From: a bacterium
Lineage (GTDB): Bacteria > Patescibacteriota > Minisyncoccia > Minisyncoccales > GCA-002788555
NCBI GenBank assembly: GCA_021158595.1
Contig: JAGGUF010000079.1
Span: 1-34,801, forward strand
Reading direction: 5' to 3'
Length of the DNA stretch: 34,801 nucleotides
Shown: positions 16,646 to 26,538 of the stretch, piece after piece
How positions within the stretch are numbered: position 1 is the stretch's first letter
How the letters are laid out: every line of letters begins with the position of its first letter
Position numbers and translations under genes: made by a program
Notes under the pieces: generated by a model
Database searches by the model: none
Told to the model about the DNA's origin: nothing
The model's input: only the letters and a program-made list of their open reading frames with translations

Positions 16646-17347
16646 TTAAAGATTTTTTAGGGCTTCTCTTGCCGCTTCTTCCTCTGCTTCCTGTTTAGAA
16701 AATCCATGGCCTTTGGCAATAAGTTTTTTGCCCAAATATACTCCTACCAAAAACTCTCGTCGATGATCCGGTCCCCACTCTTTTAGGGTGGAGTAGGTAG
16801 GAGTAATAGCGAACCTTTCTTGAGCAAGTTCTTGAAACTGACTTTTTGGATCTCGAATCTCTCCCTTCTGAAGAATTTCTGGAAGATGGACCAAGATATT
16901 GTTTTTAACAAACTCCTTTGCCCTCTCTATCCCTTGGTCAAGATAGATGGCTCCAATAATTGCTTCCATCGTATTTTCTAAAATTGAAATTCTTGCTCTT
17001 CCCTTATCCTTTTCCTCCCCTTTTGACAAAAGGAGATAATTCTCAATCTTAAGAGTCCTTGCCACCTCTGCAAGGCGTTGAGAATTAACAAGGGCGGCTC
17101 GAAGAGCCGTTAGTTCTCCTTCAGGCTTGTTCTTAAAACTTTTATATAAATAGTCGGTTACCAAAAACTCAAGAACTGCATCTCCCAAAAACTCTAATCT
17201 CTCATTGTGTTCTTGAGGAACATTTGGGTGTTCATTCAAATAAGACCTATGGGTAAGGGCTGTTCTTATAAGATTTTTGTTTTTAAAATGAACTCCCAAA
17301 ATCTCCTCAAGGCTTGTCAAATTATCTATCTTGTTGTTCATTATCAT
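16646..17347 (-). CDS. rnc: Ribonuclease III (alternative start 17341)
   Basis: [19 protein letters not shown], ds[11 protein letters not shown]...[10 protein letters not shown]. Confidence 0.97.
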   Translation of the reverse strand: MIMNNKIDNLTSLEEILGVHFKNKNLIRTALTHRSYLNEHPNVPQEHNERLEFLGDAVLEFLVTDYLYKSFKNKPEGELTALRAALVNSQRLAEVARTLKIENYLLLSKGEEKDKGRARISILENTMEAIIGAIYLDQGIERAKEFVKNNILVHLPEILQKGEIRDPKSQFQELAQERFAITPTYSTLKEWGPDHRREFLVGVYLGKKLIAKGHGFSKQEAEEEAAREALKNL

Positions 17348-17768
17348 TTTTCTTTAATTGATTATATACTGTTCCTAATGCCCCATTTACAAATTTTCCT
17401 GAACTCTCTCCGCTGAAGGTCTTGGCAAGTTCAATGGCTTCATTGATTGCCACCTTCGGCGGCACCTCCTTTCTATCACCAAAAATTAACTCATATACCC
17501 CAATGCGTAAGATATTTCTATCAATAATATTTATTTTGGAAATAGGCCATTGAGGAGCTGAGTCTTTAATAATCTTATCAATCTTGGAAAGGTTTTTAAT
17601 AATACCAAAAACTATTTTTTTTGTAAAATTGCTATCTTCCATTCCTGTTCCAAATTCCTTAAGATTCCGCTCTACCACTTCTTTAAGTTCTTTCTCTGAT
17701 AGATTCCGAAAGTCCCATTCATAAAGTGACTGCATAGCAATAACTCGGGAAAGGTGCCGATAAGCCAT
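17322..17768 (-). CDS. nusB: Transcription antitermination factor NusB
   Basis: [39 protein letters not shown]. Confidence 0.96.
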   Translation of the reverse strand: MAYRHLSRVIAMQSLYEWDFRNLSEKELKEVVERNLKEFGTGMEDSNFTKKIVFGIIKNLSKIDKIIKDSAPQWPISKINIIDRNILRIGVYELIFGDRKEVPPKVAINEAIELAKTFSGESSGKFVNGALGTVYNQLKKNDNEQQDR

Positions 17769-17825
17769 AAAACTTTTGTTTTTAAAGAGGAATAAAATTT
17801 ATTTGAGATTTTTTGGTGTTAAAAT

Positions 17826-18110
17826 TTACTTCTTTGATAGTTCCTCCATTGTCAAGGATTTTTTCTTTCTTGTTTCTCTCTCTGCTTGGGCCAACTCTTT
17901 CTGTTTTTCTTTTCTTTCTTTCTTTTCTAATTTCTTAAGAACATCAATCACCTCTCTTTCTTTATAATAGCCACAATTTAAACACACATGATGAGGAATA
18001 ACTGGTTTTCCACATTTGGGACATAGGGAAAATAACTGAGGTTTTAAGGCAAGATGAGACCTTCTTTTGTTTCTTCTTGATTTGGTATGACGCTGTTTTG
18101 GAACAGGCAT
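17826..18110 (-). CDS. rpmF: 50S ribosomal protein L32 with charged C-terminal extension
   Basis: MPVPKQRHTKSRRNKRRSH, CPKC...HHVCLNCGYY. Confidence 0.96.
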   Translation of the reverse strand: MPVPKQRHTKSRRNKRRSHLALKPQLFSLCPKCGKPVIPHHVCLNCGYYKEREVIDVLKKLEKKERKEKQKELAQAERETRKKKSLTMEELSKK

Positions 18111-18124
18111 AGGAAACTTGTGGA

Positions 18125-18205
18125 AAATTACTAACCACTTTGGTAACAGTCTAACTCCATAATCTTTCCCCTCCCAAAGGAAGGGAGAAGATATAGGCGG
18201 AAGGA
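18125..18205 (-). repeat. Triplex/hairpin repeat copy R5 (core inverted, degenerate) with one arm
   Basis: AAATTACTAACCACTTTGGTAAC arm then ATCTTTCCCCTCCC-AAA-GGAAGGGAGAAGATATAGGCGG; flanked by AAACTTGTGGA (18114-18124) and CAACCTGTGGA (18206-18216). Confidence 0.85.
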
Positions 18206-18245
18206 CAACCTGTGGAAATATTATTTTGAGAATAACAAATTTCTT

Positions 18246-18920
18246 TTATTTTTGCAAATTCTTTATGGGAGCAAAACTCCTTCTATGAATTTTAGAAGGT
18301 CCATATTGATAAAGTCTGTTAAAATGCAATCTTGTCCCATATCCCTTATGTTTGTCAAATCCATATTGGGGATATTTCTTATGATATCTAAACATTATGT
18401 TATCTCGATAAACCTTAGCAATAATAGAAGCCATAGCACAGGAAAGAATTTTCTCATCTGCCCTGATTATCGATTTTTGAGGGAGGTTTAAATTGAGTTT
18501 AAAATTTCCATCAAGAATAAGAAAAACATCATTACTAAAAATGGAAGTTTGAAAATTGAAAATTTTTCTTAAGGCTCTTTCCATTGCTAATTTAGTCGCT
18601 TCTAAAATGTTAATTTTATCAATCATTCCTGAATCCACCCTTCCTATCCCCCACTCTATATTCGGATGATTAATTAAAATTTTGTAAAGATCCTCTCTTT
18701 TTGAGGGGATTAATTTTTTCGAATCCTTAATTTCTTTTAATAAATCTTGCATTTTATATTTTGATCTTACATTTTGATTTTTAATTTTTGGACTTATCAC
18801 TACTGCTGCTCCCACCACCGGTCCTGCCAATGCTCCCCGACCTACCTCATCCAAACCTACCACAAATCTATATCCCCTCCTCCATAAACTTTTCTCTTGT
18901 TGAAAGTTAGGAAATTTCAT
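18246..18920 (-). CDS. rnhB: Ribonuclease HII
   Basis: GLDEVGRGALAGPVV, IKDSKKL, LDGN, ASIIAKVYRD, KHKGYGT, HRRSFAP. Confidence 0.96.
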   Translation of the reverse strand: MKFPNFQQEKSLWRRGYRFVVGLDEVGRGALAGPVVGAAVVISPKIKNQNVRSKYKMQDLLKEIKDSKKLIPSKREDLYKILINHPNIEWGIGRVDSGMIDKINILEATKLAMERALRKIFNFQTSIFSNDVFLILDGNFKLNLNLPQKSIIRADEKILSCAMASIIAKVYRDNIMFRYHKKYPQYGFDKHKGYGTRLHFNRLYQYGPSKIHRRSFAPIKNLQK

Positions 18921-18928
18921 AGTATAAT
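18900..18928 (+). promoter_or_regulatory. Putative sigma70 promoter of dnaE, overlapping the rnhB 5' end
   Basis: TTGAAA (18900-18905)-17 nt-TATAAT (18923-18928). Confidence 0.65.
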
Positions 18929-18953
18929 GGTAGCCTTATTAAGAGAATCTTCT

Positions 18954-21900
18954 ATGAGGTTTACTCATCTACATGTACACTCTCATTACTCTCTTTTAGA
19001 TGGTCTGCCAAAAATTGATGAACTGTTAGATTATGTAAAGAAATTGGGAATGGATTCTGCCGCCTTAACAGACCATGGAGCACTGTATGGAGCAATTGAA
19101 TTTTATCAAAAAGCAAAGAAAAAGGGAATAAAGCCAATTATTGGGGAAGAGTTTTATATGGCTTATGAGAGAATGGATCAGCGACGACCAAACATTGATA
19201 ACAAAAGATATCACTTAGTGCTTCTGGCAAAGGATTTCACCGGATATCAAAATTTGGTCAAACTTACAACAAAGGCCTGGCTTGACGGGTTCTATTACAA
19301 ACCAAGAATTGATGAAAATCTATTAGAGCAACACTCAAAGGGAATTATTTGTTTGACCGGTTGTCTTCAAGGAAAGATCCCAAGACTAATTCTATCAGGA
19401 AAAATAGATGAAGCAGAAAAATTGGCTTTAAGATATAAGGACCTTTTTGGAAAGGATAATTTCTATCTTGAACTTCAATATCACCCCAATATTCCAGAAC
19501 AAAAAAAGGTAAACGAGGCTCTTATCCTTCTGTCGAAAAAACTAAAGATTCCTGTGGTAGCCACAAATGATGTTCATTATCTAAAAAAAGAGGATGCTAA
19601 GGCTCAAGATATTTTAATGTTAGTCAATACAGGTGCTAATCCTAATGATCCAGAAAGACTAACAATGATAAGTGACGACTTCTCATTTAGATCTCAAGAA
19701 GAAATGATAAGTTCTTTTCGAGATATCCCTGAAGCCATAGAAAATACCCAAAAGATAGTTCAGGAATGTAATTTAGAACTTCAATTGGGAAAGGTACAAT
19801 TACCTTATTTCAAGGTTCCAAACGGTAAATCTCCCGATGAATATCTTAGAGAACTTTGTCAGATTGGATTAAAAAAACGCAATCTAAAAGAGACTCCAGA
19901 AATTCGAAAAAGGTTAGAATATGAATTGACAGTAATCAAACAAACCGGTTTTGCTTCTTATTTTTTAATAGTGGCTGATTTTGTAAACTTCTCAAAAAGA
20001 AATGGCATTGTGGTAGGGCCGGGAAGGGGCTCGGTCGGCGGTTCTCTGGTTGCCTATCTTTTAAATATTACTGATATTAATCCCTTAAAATATAATCTTC
20101 TTTTTGAAAGGTTCTTAAATCCGGAAAGGAAGGCTGGACTTCCCGATATCGATCTTGACTTTACAGATACCAGACGGGATGAGGTAATAAATTATGTAGC
20201 AAAAAAATATGGCAGAGATAGGGTTTCTCAAATTATTACCTTTGGAACAATGGCAGCAAGACAGGTAATAAGGGATGTAGGAAGGGCGCTTGGATATAAC
20301 TATACCTATTGCGACCGAATTGCTAAAATGATTCCTTTCTTCTCTACTTTAAATGAGGCATTGGAAAAGGTAGAAGAGTTCCGCCAGGTCTATTATACTG
20401 ATCCCAAAGCAAGAAAAATGATCGATATTGGAAAGAAACTTGAGGGGGTAGCCCGGCATGCCTCCACCCATGCCTGTGGGGTGGTAATCTCAAATACTCC
20501 CTTAACAGACCTTATTCCTCTTCAACGGGCTTCTAAAAATGACCAGACCATTGTGACCCAATATGATATGTATTCCATCGAGGCCCTGGGACTTTTAAAA
20601 ATGGATTTTTTGGGACTAAAGAATCTAACGATCATTGAGGACACCTTAAAATTAATTAAAAAATTTCATCATATCGACATTGATATCTCTCATCTGCCCC
20701 TAAACGACAAAGAGACCTATAAACTCCTTCAACAGGGAAATACAACAGGGGTCTTCCAACTGGAAAGTGATGGTATGAAGCGTTATCTAAAAGAATTACA
20801 ACCTACTCAGTTCAAAGATATTATCGCTATGGTTGCTCTCTATCGGCCCGGACCAATGGAACTGATCCCGGAATATATCGCCAGAAAGAAGGGACAAAAG
20901 AAGATTATCTATTTGCATCCCAAACTGAAGCCCATTTTAAAAAACACCTATGGGGTAATGATCTTTCAAGAACAACTAATGCAGGTAGCCCAAAAACTTG
21001 CTGGATTCTCTTTGGGAGAGGCTGACATCTTAAGAAAGGCAGTAGGTAAAAAGATAAAAAGTCTTCTTCTTCAACAAAAAGAAAAGATGATAAAGGGAAT
21101 GATAAAAAATGGAATAGCAGAAGGGACGGCTCAAAAAATATGGAACTGGATTATACCTTTTGCCCGATATGGATTTAATGCCTCTCATGCTACTGCCTAT
21201 GCGATGATTGCTTATCAGACTGCCTACCTCAAGGCCCATTTTCCAATAGAATTTATGGCAGTTTTAATGAATAGTGAACAAAAAAATATTGATAGATTAA
21301 AAATTCTTCTCCAAGAAGCGAAAAAAATGAACATTAGTGTCTTGCCACCAGATATTAATGAAAGTAAATCAAAGTTTACTATTATTGATGATTCCACTAT
21401 TCGTTTTGGTTTAAGTGCCATTAAAAATGTAGGTTCTAATGTGGTAGAAAAGATTGAAGAAGAAAGAAAAAGAAGAGGAAACTATTCCTCAATTGAAGAT
21501 TTCATTGAAAGAATACCTGCTGAAGTTCTTAATAAAAAATCAATTGAAAGTTTGATAAAAGCAGGTGCTTTCGACAAATTGGAAGATCGCGGGAAACTTC
21601 TTTACAATCTTGAAAAAATCCTTGAATTTGGAAGAAGATGTCAACAGAGAAAGATGACTGGTGACGGCTCTCTTTTTGGAAAGAGAATAACCTTCAACAG
21701 TTTAAAATTAGAAGACAATCCCAACCCCCTAACAAAAAGAGAGAAACTTCTTTGGGAAAAAGAACTCTTAGGTGTATTTGTTTCCTCCCATCCTATGGAT
21801 GACCTTCAAGAAAAGATTAAAAATACCCTTCCCATCTCTGAGATCAATTCCTCTTTTACTTCTCAAAAGGTAAGAATTGCGGGGACAGTCTCTAAAATTC

Positions 21901-22109
21901 AGAAGGTAACTACAAAACAGGGAAAGCCAATGCTCTTTCTGGAAATTGAAGATCTCACAGGAAGAATTGAGGCTTTAATCTTCCCTGACATTCTTGAAGA
22001 AAATGCTCTTTTATTTCAGAATAACAAGATTTTAGAGATAAAAGGAAGGATATCAGACAAAGATGGGGTTCCAAAGATAATTGCGGAAAGGGTAAGAGAA
22101 GTTAAATAA
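18954..22109 (+). CDS. dnaE: DNA polymerase III alpha subunit
   Basis: PHP motif FTHLHVHSHYSLLDG, GPGRGS, PDIDLD, KMDFLGL, YGFNASH, OB fold; start set to ATG 18954. Confidence 0.97.
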   Translation: MRFTHLHVHSHYSLLDGLPKIDELLDYVKKLGMDSAALTDHGALYGAIEFYQKAKKKGIKPIIGEEFYMAYERMDQRRPNIDNKRYHLVLLAKDFTGYQNLVKLTTKAWLDGFYYKPRIDENLLEQHSKGIICLTGCLQGKIPRLILSGKIDEAEKLALRYKDLFGKDNFYLELQYHPNIPEQKKVNEALILLSKKLKIPVVATNDVHYLKKEDAKAQDILMLVNTGANPNDPERLTMISDDFSFRSQEEMISSFRDIPEAIENTQKIVQECNLELQLGKVQLPYFKVPNGKSPDEYLRELCQIGLKKRNLKETPEIRKRLEYELTVIKQTGFASYFLIVADFVNFSKRNGIVVGPGRGSVGGSLVAYLLNITDINPLKYNLLFERFLNPERKAGLPDIDLDFTDTRRDEVINYVAKKYGRDRVSQIITFGTMAARQVIRDVGRALGYNYTYCDRIAKMIPFFSTLNEALEKVEEFRQVYYTDPKARKMIDIGKKLEGVARHASTHACGVVISNTPLTDLIPLQRASKNDQTIVTQYDMYSIEALGLLKMDFLGLKNLTIIEDTLKLIKKFHHIDIDISHLPLNDKETYKLLQQGNTTGVFQLESDGMKRYLKELQPTQFKDIIAMVALYRPGPMELIPEYIARKKGQKKIIYLHPKLKPILKNTYGVMIFQEQLMQVAQKLAGFSLGEADILRKAVGKKIKSLLLQQKEKMIKGMIKNGIAEGTAQKIWNWIIPFARYGFNASHATAYAMIAYQTAYLKAHFPIEFMAVLMNSEQKNIDRLKILLQEAKKMNISVLPPDINESKSKFTIIDDSTIRFGLSAIKNVGSNVVEKIEEERKRRGNYSSIEDFIERIPAEVLNKKSIESLIKAGAFDKLEDRGKLLYNLEKILEFGRRCQQRKMTGDGSLFGKRITFNSLKLEDNPNPLTKREKLLWEKELLGVFVSSHPMDDLQEKIKNTLPISEINSSFTSQKVRIAGTVSKIQKVTTKQGKPMLFLEIEDLTGRIEALIFPDILEENALLFQNNKILEIKGRISDKDGVPKIIAERVREVK

Positions 22110-22113
22110 TTTG

Positions 22114-22209
22114 TACTGTCCAACCACTTTGATAATAAGCCTTCTGGTTTAATCCTCTTCAGGTGGGGGAGGGAAAATATCAGATTCTTGCCAAAATGAT
22201 CGGCAATTA
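22114..22209. mobile_element. MITE-like copy R6: both terminal arms, core largely deleted
   Basis: Left arm TACTGTCCAACCACTTTGATAAT, right arm AAAATATCAGATTCTTGCCAAAATGATCGGCAATTA, core relic TTAATCCTCTTCAGGTGGGGGAGGG; flanks TAAATAATTTG (22103-22113) and CAAATAATTTA (22210-22220). Confidence 0.8.
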
Positions 22210-22228
22210 CAAATAATTTAAGGTTTTT

Positions 22229-23944
22229 ATGAGACTTGATATTCTTAGACATTCTTTATCTCATATCTTGGCTTACGCTGTCCAGGAACTATATCCGGGA
22301 ACAAAATTTGGTCTTGGCCCTGCTATTGAAAATGGGTTTTATTATGACTTTGAATTGCCCTCCCCTATTTCAGAAAATGATTTGTCAAAAATTGAAAAGA
22401 GGATGCACCAGTTAGTCAGAAAAAACATCAGATTTGAGAAAAAAGTTATCTCTAAAGAAGAGGCGGAAAGAATATTTAAAGACCAACCCTACAAGTTAGA
22501 ACTAATTAAAGAAATACCTGGGAAAACTGTCTCTATTTATCAGAGTGGAAATTTTGTTGATCTATGCAAAGGACCTCATATTAAATCCACAAAAGAAATT
22601 GATCCTTATGGATTTAAATTAACCAAGATAGCCGGTGCCTATTGGAAGGGAGATGAGAAAAATCCAATGCTTACCCGGATCTATGGATTGGCATTTGAAA
22701 CCAAAAAAGAACTTCAAAATTTTATTGAAAGACAAAAAGAGATGGAAAGGCGAGATCATAGAATATTAGGCAAGAAATTAGAACTGTTCATTTTTGATGA
22801 AGAAGTGGGAGCCGGACTTCCTATCTGGCTCCCCAAAGGAGCAATTTTACGAAAAATTATAGAAGATTACCTATATCAAGAACTAACCAACCAAAACTAT
22901 CATTGGCTCTCAACTCCTCATATTGGTAAAAGAGATTTATTTCAAAGATCTGGCCATTTAGACTTTTATAAAGAAGATATGTATTCCCCGATTGAAATTG
23001 AAAAGGAAAAATACTATCTAAAGCCAATGAATTGTCCCTTTCATATCAAGGCCTATCAGTCAAAAGTTAGAAGTTATCGCCATCTGCCAATAAAATATGC
23101 TGAATTTGGAACAGTTTATAGATACGAAAGATCTGGAGTTTTACATGGACTAACCAGGGCAAGAGGCTTTACTCAGGATGATGCCCATATTTTCTGCACT
23201 CCTGAACAATTGAGTGAGCAATTACTAAAAATTCTAAAATATGGCCTCAAGACCCTGAAGACCTTTGGCTTTAAGGATTACAATATTTATTTATCTACTC
23301 GTCCCAAAAAATATGTGGGCACTCTAAAAAATTGGAAAAGAGCCACCAACTCTTTAAAATATGCCTTAAATAAACTAAACCTCAAATATCAAATTGATCC
23401 AGAAGGAGGGGTTTTTTATGGACCGAAAATTGATATTAAAATCAAGGATTCTTTGGGTAGACTTTGGCAATGTACCACCATTCAGGTTGATTTTAATCTA
23501 CCAGAAAAGTTTGAACTGAACTACATTGATAGAAAAGGAAAAAAGCAAAGACCAATTATGATCCATCGGGCTCTTATTGGTTCAATTGAGAGATTTATTG
23601 GGGTTTTACTGGAACACTATGCTGGGGCTTTACCCTTATGGTTATCTCCAGAACAAATCTGGGTAATTCCAGTGGGCTCTGGTAATAAAAAATATGCCAA
23701 AGAGGTTGATGAAAAACTTACAAAACAGGGCTTTCGATCTAAATTAAAAGATGAAAATGAAACCGTTTCCAAAAAAATCAGAGAAGGAGAAATCCAAAAA
23801 ATCCCTTATCTTTTGGTAGTGGGAAACAAGGAAGAAAAGTCAAAATCAGTACGGGTGCGCAAACGAGAAAAGGGAGACATTGGTGAAATAAAAATTGAGA
23901 GATTTATTAAAACGATTAACAAAGAAACTGAGAAGAAATTATGA
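22229..23944 (+). CDS. thrS: Threonine--tRNA ligase (lacks N-terminal TGS domain)
   Basis: RHSLSHILA, DLCKGPH, RDHRILG, KPMNCPFH, RYERSG, FYGPKID, HRALIGSIERF. Confidence 0.97.
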   Translation: MRLDILRHSLSHILAYAVQELYPGTKFGLGPAIENGFYYDFELPSPISENDLSKIEKRMHQLVRKNIRFEKKVISKEEAERIFKDQPYKLELIKEIPGKTVSIYQSGNFVDLCKGPHIKSTKEIDPYGFKLTKIAGAYWKGDEKNPMLTRIYGLAFETKKELQNFIERQKEMERRDHRILGKKLELFIFDEEVGAGLPIWLPKGAILRKIIEDYLYQELTNQNYHWLSTPHIGKRDLFQRSGHLDFYKEDMYSPIEIEKEKYYLKPMNCPFHIKAYQSKVRSYRHLPIKYAEFGTVYRYERSGVLHGLTRARGFTQDDAHIFCTPEQLSEQLLKILKYGLKTLKTFGFKDYNIYLSTRPKKYVGTLKNWKRATNSLKYALNKLNLKYQIDPEGGVFYGPKIDIKIKDSLGRLWQCTTIQVDFNLPEKFELNYIDRKGKKQRPIMIHRALIGSIERFIGVLLEHYAGALPLWLSPEQIWVIPVGSGNKKYAKEVDEKLTKQGFRSKLKDENETVSKKIREGEIQKIPYLLVVGNKEEKSKSVRVRKREKGDIGEIKIERFIKTINKETEKKL

Positions 23945-24333
23945 TTATTACCAAATTTAAAGATTTTAAAGAGATTAAAAATTTTTTAACAAAAAAAGAA
24001 GAAATAGGAATTGTATCCTGTAATACCTGCGCCCGAATATGCAAAACAGGAGGCCAACAGGGAATGAAAAAAGTAGCCAGAAAATTGAAAAAACAAGGAT
24101 ACAAAATTGAGGAATCTATCCTGGTGCCTGCGTGCTGTAGTGTGAAACTTTTAAAAAAATTCAATTTTAAATCAAATACCTTATTGGTGCTTGCCTGCGA
24201 TGCGGGAGTAGCAGCCCTGAAATATCTTTTCCCTAACAAAAAAATTGTTCCTTGTCTTAAGGAAATGGGAAATGGATTCTATACCGAAAAGGGGAAATCT
24301 ATTTTGATAAATCCTCTCTTATCTTCTAAATAA
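23941..24333 (+). CDS. Cys-rich protein resembling the N-terminal part of MetV (MTHFR small-subunit-like)
   Basis: MIITKFK...IVSCNTCARICKTGG...ACC...LVLACDAGV pattern recalled from MetV-type proteins; 130 aa, no C-terminal Cys cluster. Confidence 0.55.
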   Translation: MIITKFKDFKEIKNFLTKKEEIGIVSCNTCARICKTGGQQGMKKVARKLKKQGYKIEESILVPACCSVKLLKKFNFKSNTLLVLACDAGVAALKYLFPNKKIVPCLKEMGNGFYTEKGKSILINPLLSSK

Positions 24334-24334
24334 A

Positions 24335-25648
24335 ATGAAGTATTTTATTATCACCTATGGATGCCAGATGAATAAAAGCGATTCGGAAAGAATCGCTGCT
24401 ATTTTAGATAAGGCAGGATATAGTTCTACCCCTAAAATAAAAGAGGCTGGTTTGATAGTGGTTAATATGTGCTCGGTAAGACAGTCAGCCGTAGATCGGA
24501 TCTATGGATTGGTGCCCCAATTGAAAAAACTAAAAGAAAAAAATCCTAAATTAAAAACAATTCTAACCGGTTGCATCCTAAAAGAGGATAGGAAAAAATT
24601 TGAAAAAATATTTGATTTTGTCTTGGATAAAAAAGACTTAGCAAACTGGCCAGAAATTATAAAGCAGCCTTCTTGTTATCTATCTAAAAAAGAAAAGTTT
24701 AATAAAAAGGAATATTTAGAGATTAAACCAAAATATAAAAATACCTTTTCTGTTTCTATCCCTATCTCAGATGGATGCAATAATTTTTGCACCTACTGTG
24801 CTGTTCCTTTAACCAGGGGAAGGCTAATTTGTAGAGAACATAAAAAAATAATACAAGAAGCAACAGAAGCAATAAGAAATGGAGCAAAAGAGATCTGTCT
24901 TTTAGGCCAAAATGTAAATGATTATCACTGCCCTGTATGTCCTTCAATTGATTTTGGAGAACTGCTAAAGAAAATAAATGAAATAGATGGTTATTTTTGG
25001 ATCAGATTTATTACTCCCAATCCAGCAGACTTTTCAGAGAAGTTAATTGAAACCATAGCAAAATGCAAAAAGGTAACACCTTATTTAAATCTACCCTTAC
25101 AATCTGGAGATGACGAAATCTTAAAAAGAATGAACAGAAGATACACTGTGAGCCAATATTTGAATCTGGTAAAAAAAATCCGTTCCGCCTTTAAAAAATA
25201 CAGAAAGGGTTTAGAAAGAGAGGTTGCTCTCTCTACAGACATTATTGTGGGCTTTCCCGGAGAAACAAAAAAACAATTTGAAAATACAAAAAGACTAATG
25301 GAAAAAATAAGGTTTGATATGGCTTACATTGCCCAATACTCCCCTCGGCCAGGGACTTTAGCGGCTAAAATGAGAGATAATGTCTCAAAAGAAGAAAAGA
25401 GAGAAAGAGAGAAAATCTTAACTGAGGTTTTAAAGAAAACTGCCTTAGAAAAAAATAAAAAATTTGTAGGAAAAGAAGTTGAGGTCTTGGTTGAAAAAAG
25501 CAAGGATTCTTTTCTAATAGGGAAATCAAGACATTACAAAACAGTAAAATTTCCAAACTCAAAAGATCTAATTGGCAAATTTGTTAAAATAAAGATTACT
25601 GAGGCTATTCCTTGGGGTCTAAAAGGTAAAATTAGAAAGTATGAATAA
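24335..25648 (+). CDS. miaB: tRNA-2-methylthio-N6-dimethylallyladenosine synthase
   Basis: TYGCQMNKSDSE, CSVRQSA, GCNNFCTYC radical SAM motif, STDIIVGFPGET, C-terminal TRAM; adjacent to miaA. Confidence 0.93.
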   Translation: MKYFIITYGCQMNKSDSERIAAILDKAGYSSTPKIKEAGLIVVNMCSVRQSAVDRIYGLVPQLKKLKEKNPKLKTILTGCILKEDRKKFEKIFDFVLDKKDLANWPEIIKQPSCYLSKKEKFNKKEYLEIKPKYKNTFSVSIPISDGCNNFCTYCAVPLTRGRLICREHKKIIQEATEAIRNGAKEICLLGQNVNDYHCPVCPSIDFGELLKKINEIDGYFWIRFITPNPADFSEKLIETIAKCKKVTPYLNLPLQSGDDEILKRMNRRYTVSQYLNLVKKIRSAFKKYRKGLEREVALSTDIIVGFPGETKKQFENTKRLMEKIRFDMAYIAQYSPRPGTLAAKMRDNVSKEEKREREKILTEVLKKTALEKNKKFVGKEVEVLVEKSKDSFLIGKSRHYKTVKFPNSKDLIGKFVKIKITEAIPWGLKGKIRKYE

Positions 25649-26534
25649 ACTAATTGTTATATTGGGTCCTACGGCTTCGGGAAAAACAGAACTGGGGATA
25701 AAACTTGCCAAAAGGTTCAATGGAGAGATTATTTCTTGCGATTCAAGACAGGTCTTTAAGGAAATGGATATTGGCACCGCGAAACCCAGCCTCAAAGAAA
25801 CCCAGCAGGTTCCCCATCATCTGATTAGCATCGTAAATCCTGATCAAGAATTTAATGTAGCCATTTATAAAAAATTGGCAATTAAGACCATAAGAGAGAT
25901 TCAAAAGAGGAAAAAGATACCTTTTCTTGTAGGTGGCACCGGACTTTACCTTCAGGCCATAGTGGACAATGTTCAATTTCCAAAGGTAAGACCTCACCAT
26001 AAACTAAGAAAGGAACTTGAAAAAATATCTACAAAAGAACTTTTTGAAATTTATGAAAAATTGGACCCAAGAGGAGCAAAAGAAATTGAAAAAGAGAATA
26101 AAAGAAGACTAATAAGAGCGATTGAGGTATGCAAGGTTACAGGAAAACCCTTTTCAGAACAAAAAAAGAAAGGAAAGCCTCTCTTTGAGATTTTACAAAT
26201 TGGGATAAGATTACCAAAAGACGAATTAAAAAAGAGGATAGAAAAAAGGGTAGAAAAAATGTTTAAGAAGGGATTAGAGAAAGAGGTAAAAAAACTATTT
26301 CAAAAATATGGTTTCAATATTCCTCCTATGCAAAGTATTGGATATCAGGAATTTCAAGGATATTTTAAAAAGGAAAAATCAATTAATAAGGTAAAAGAAG
26401 AAATTAAACTTCACACCCTTCAGTTCGCCAAAAGACAAATGACCTGGTTTAAACGAGATAAAAGAATAAAATGGATCACAAACAAAAAGGAGGCAGAAAG
26501 AGTAATTAAAGAATTTTTATCTTCAGATTGTTAG
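25641..26534 (+). CDS. miaA: tRNA dimethylallyltransferase
   Basis: GPTASGKT, DSRQVFKEMDIGTAKP, VGGTGLY, FAKRQMTWF. Confidence 0.97.
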   Translation: MNKLIVILGPTASGKTELGIKLAKRFNGEIISCDSRQVFKEMDIGTAKPSLKETQQVPHHLISIVNPDQEFNVAIYKKLAIKTIREIQKRKKIPFLVGGTGLYLQAIVDNVQFPKVRPHHKLRKELEKISTKELFEIYEKLDPRGAKEIEKENKRRLIRAIEVCKVTGKPFSEQKKKGKPLFEILQIGIRLPKDELKKRIEKRVEKMFKKGLEKEVKKLFQKYGFNIPPMQSIGYQEFQGYFKKEKSINKVKEEIKLHTLQFAKRQMTWFKRDKRIKWITNKKEAERVIKEFLSSDC

Positions 26535-26538
26535 ATTG

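Noticed and set aside
18897..18953. N-terminal extension of DnaE from TTG 18897
   Set aside because: Overlaps rnhB and the predicted promoter; the PHP motif begins at ATG 18954
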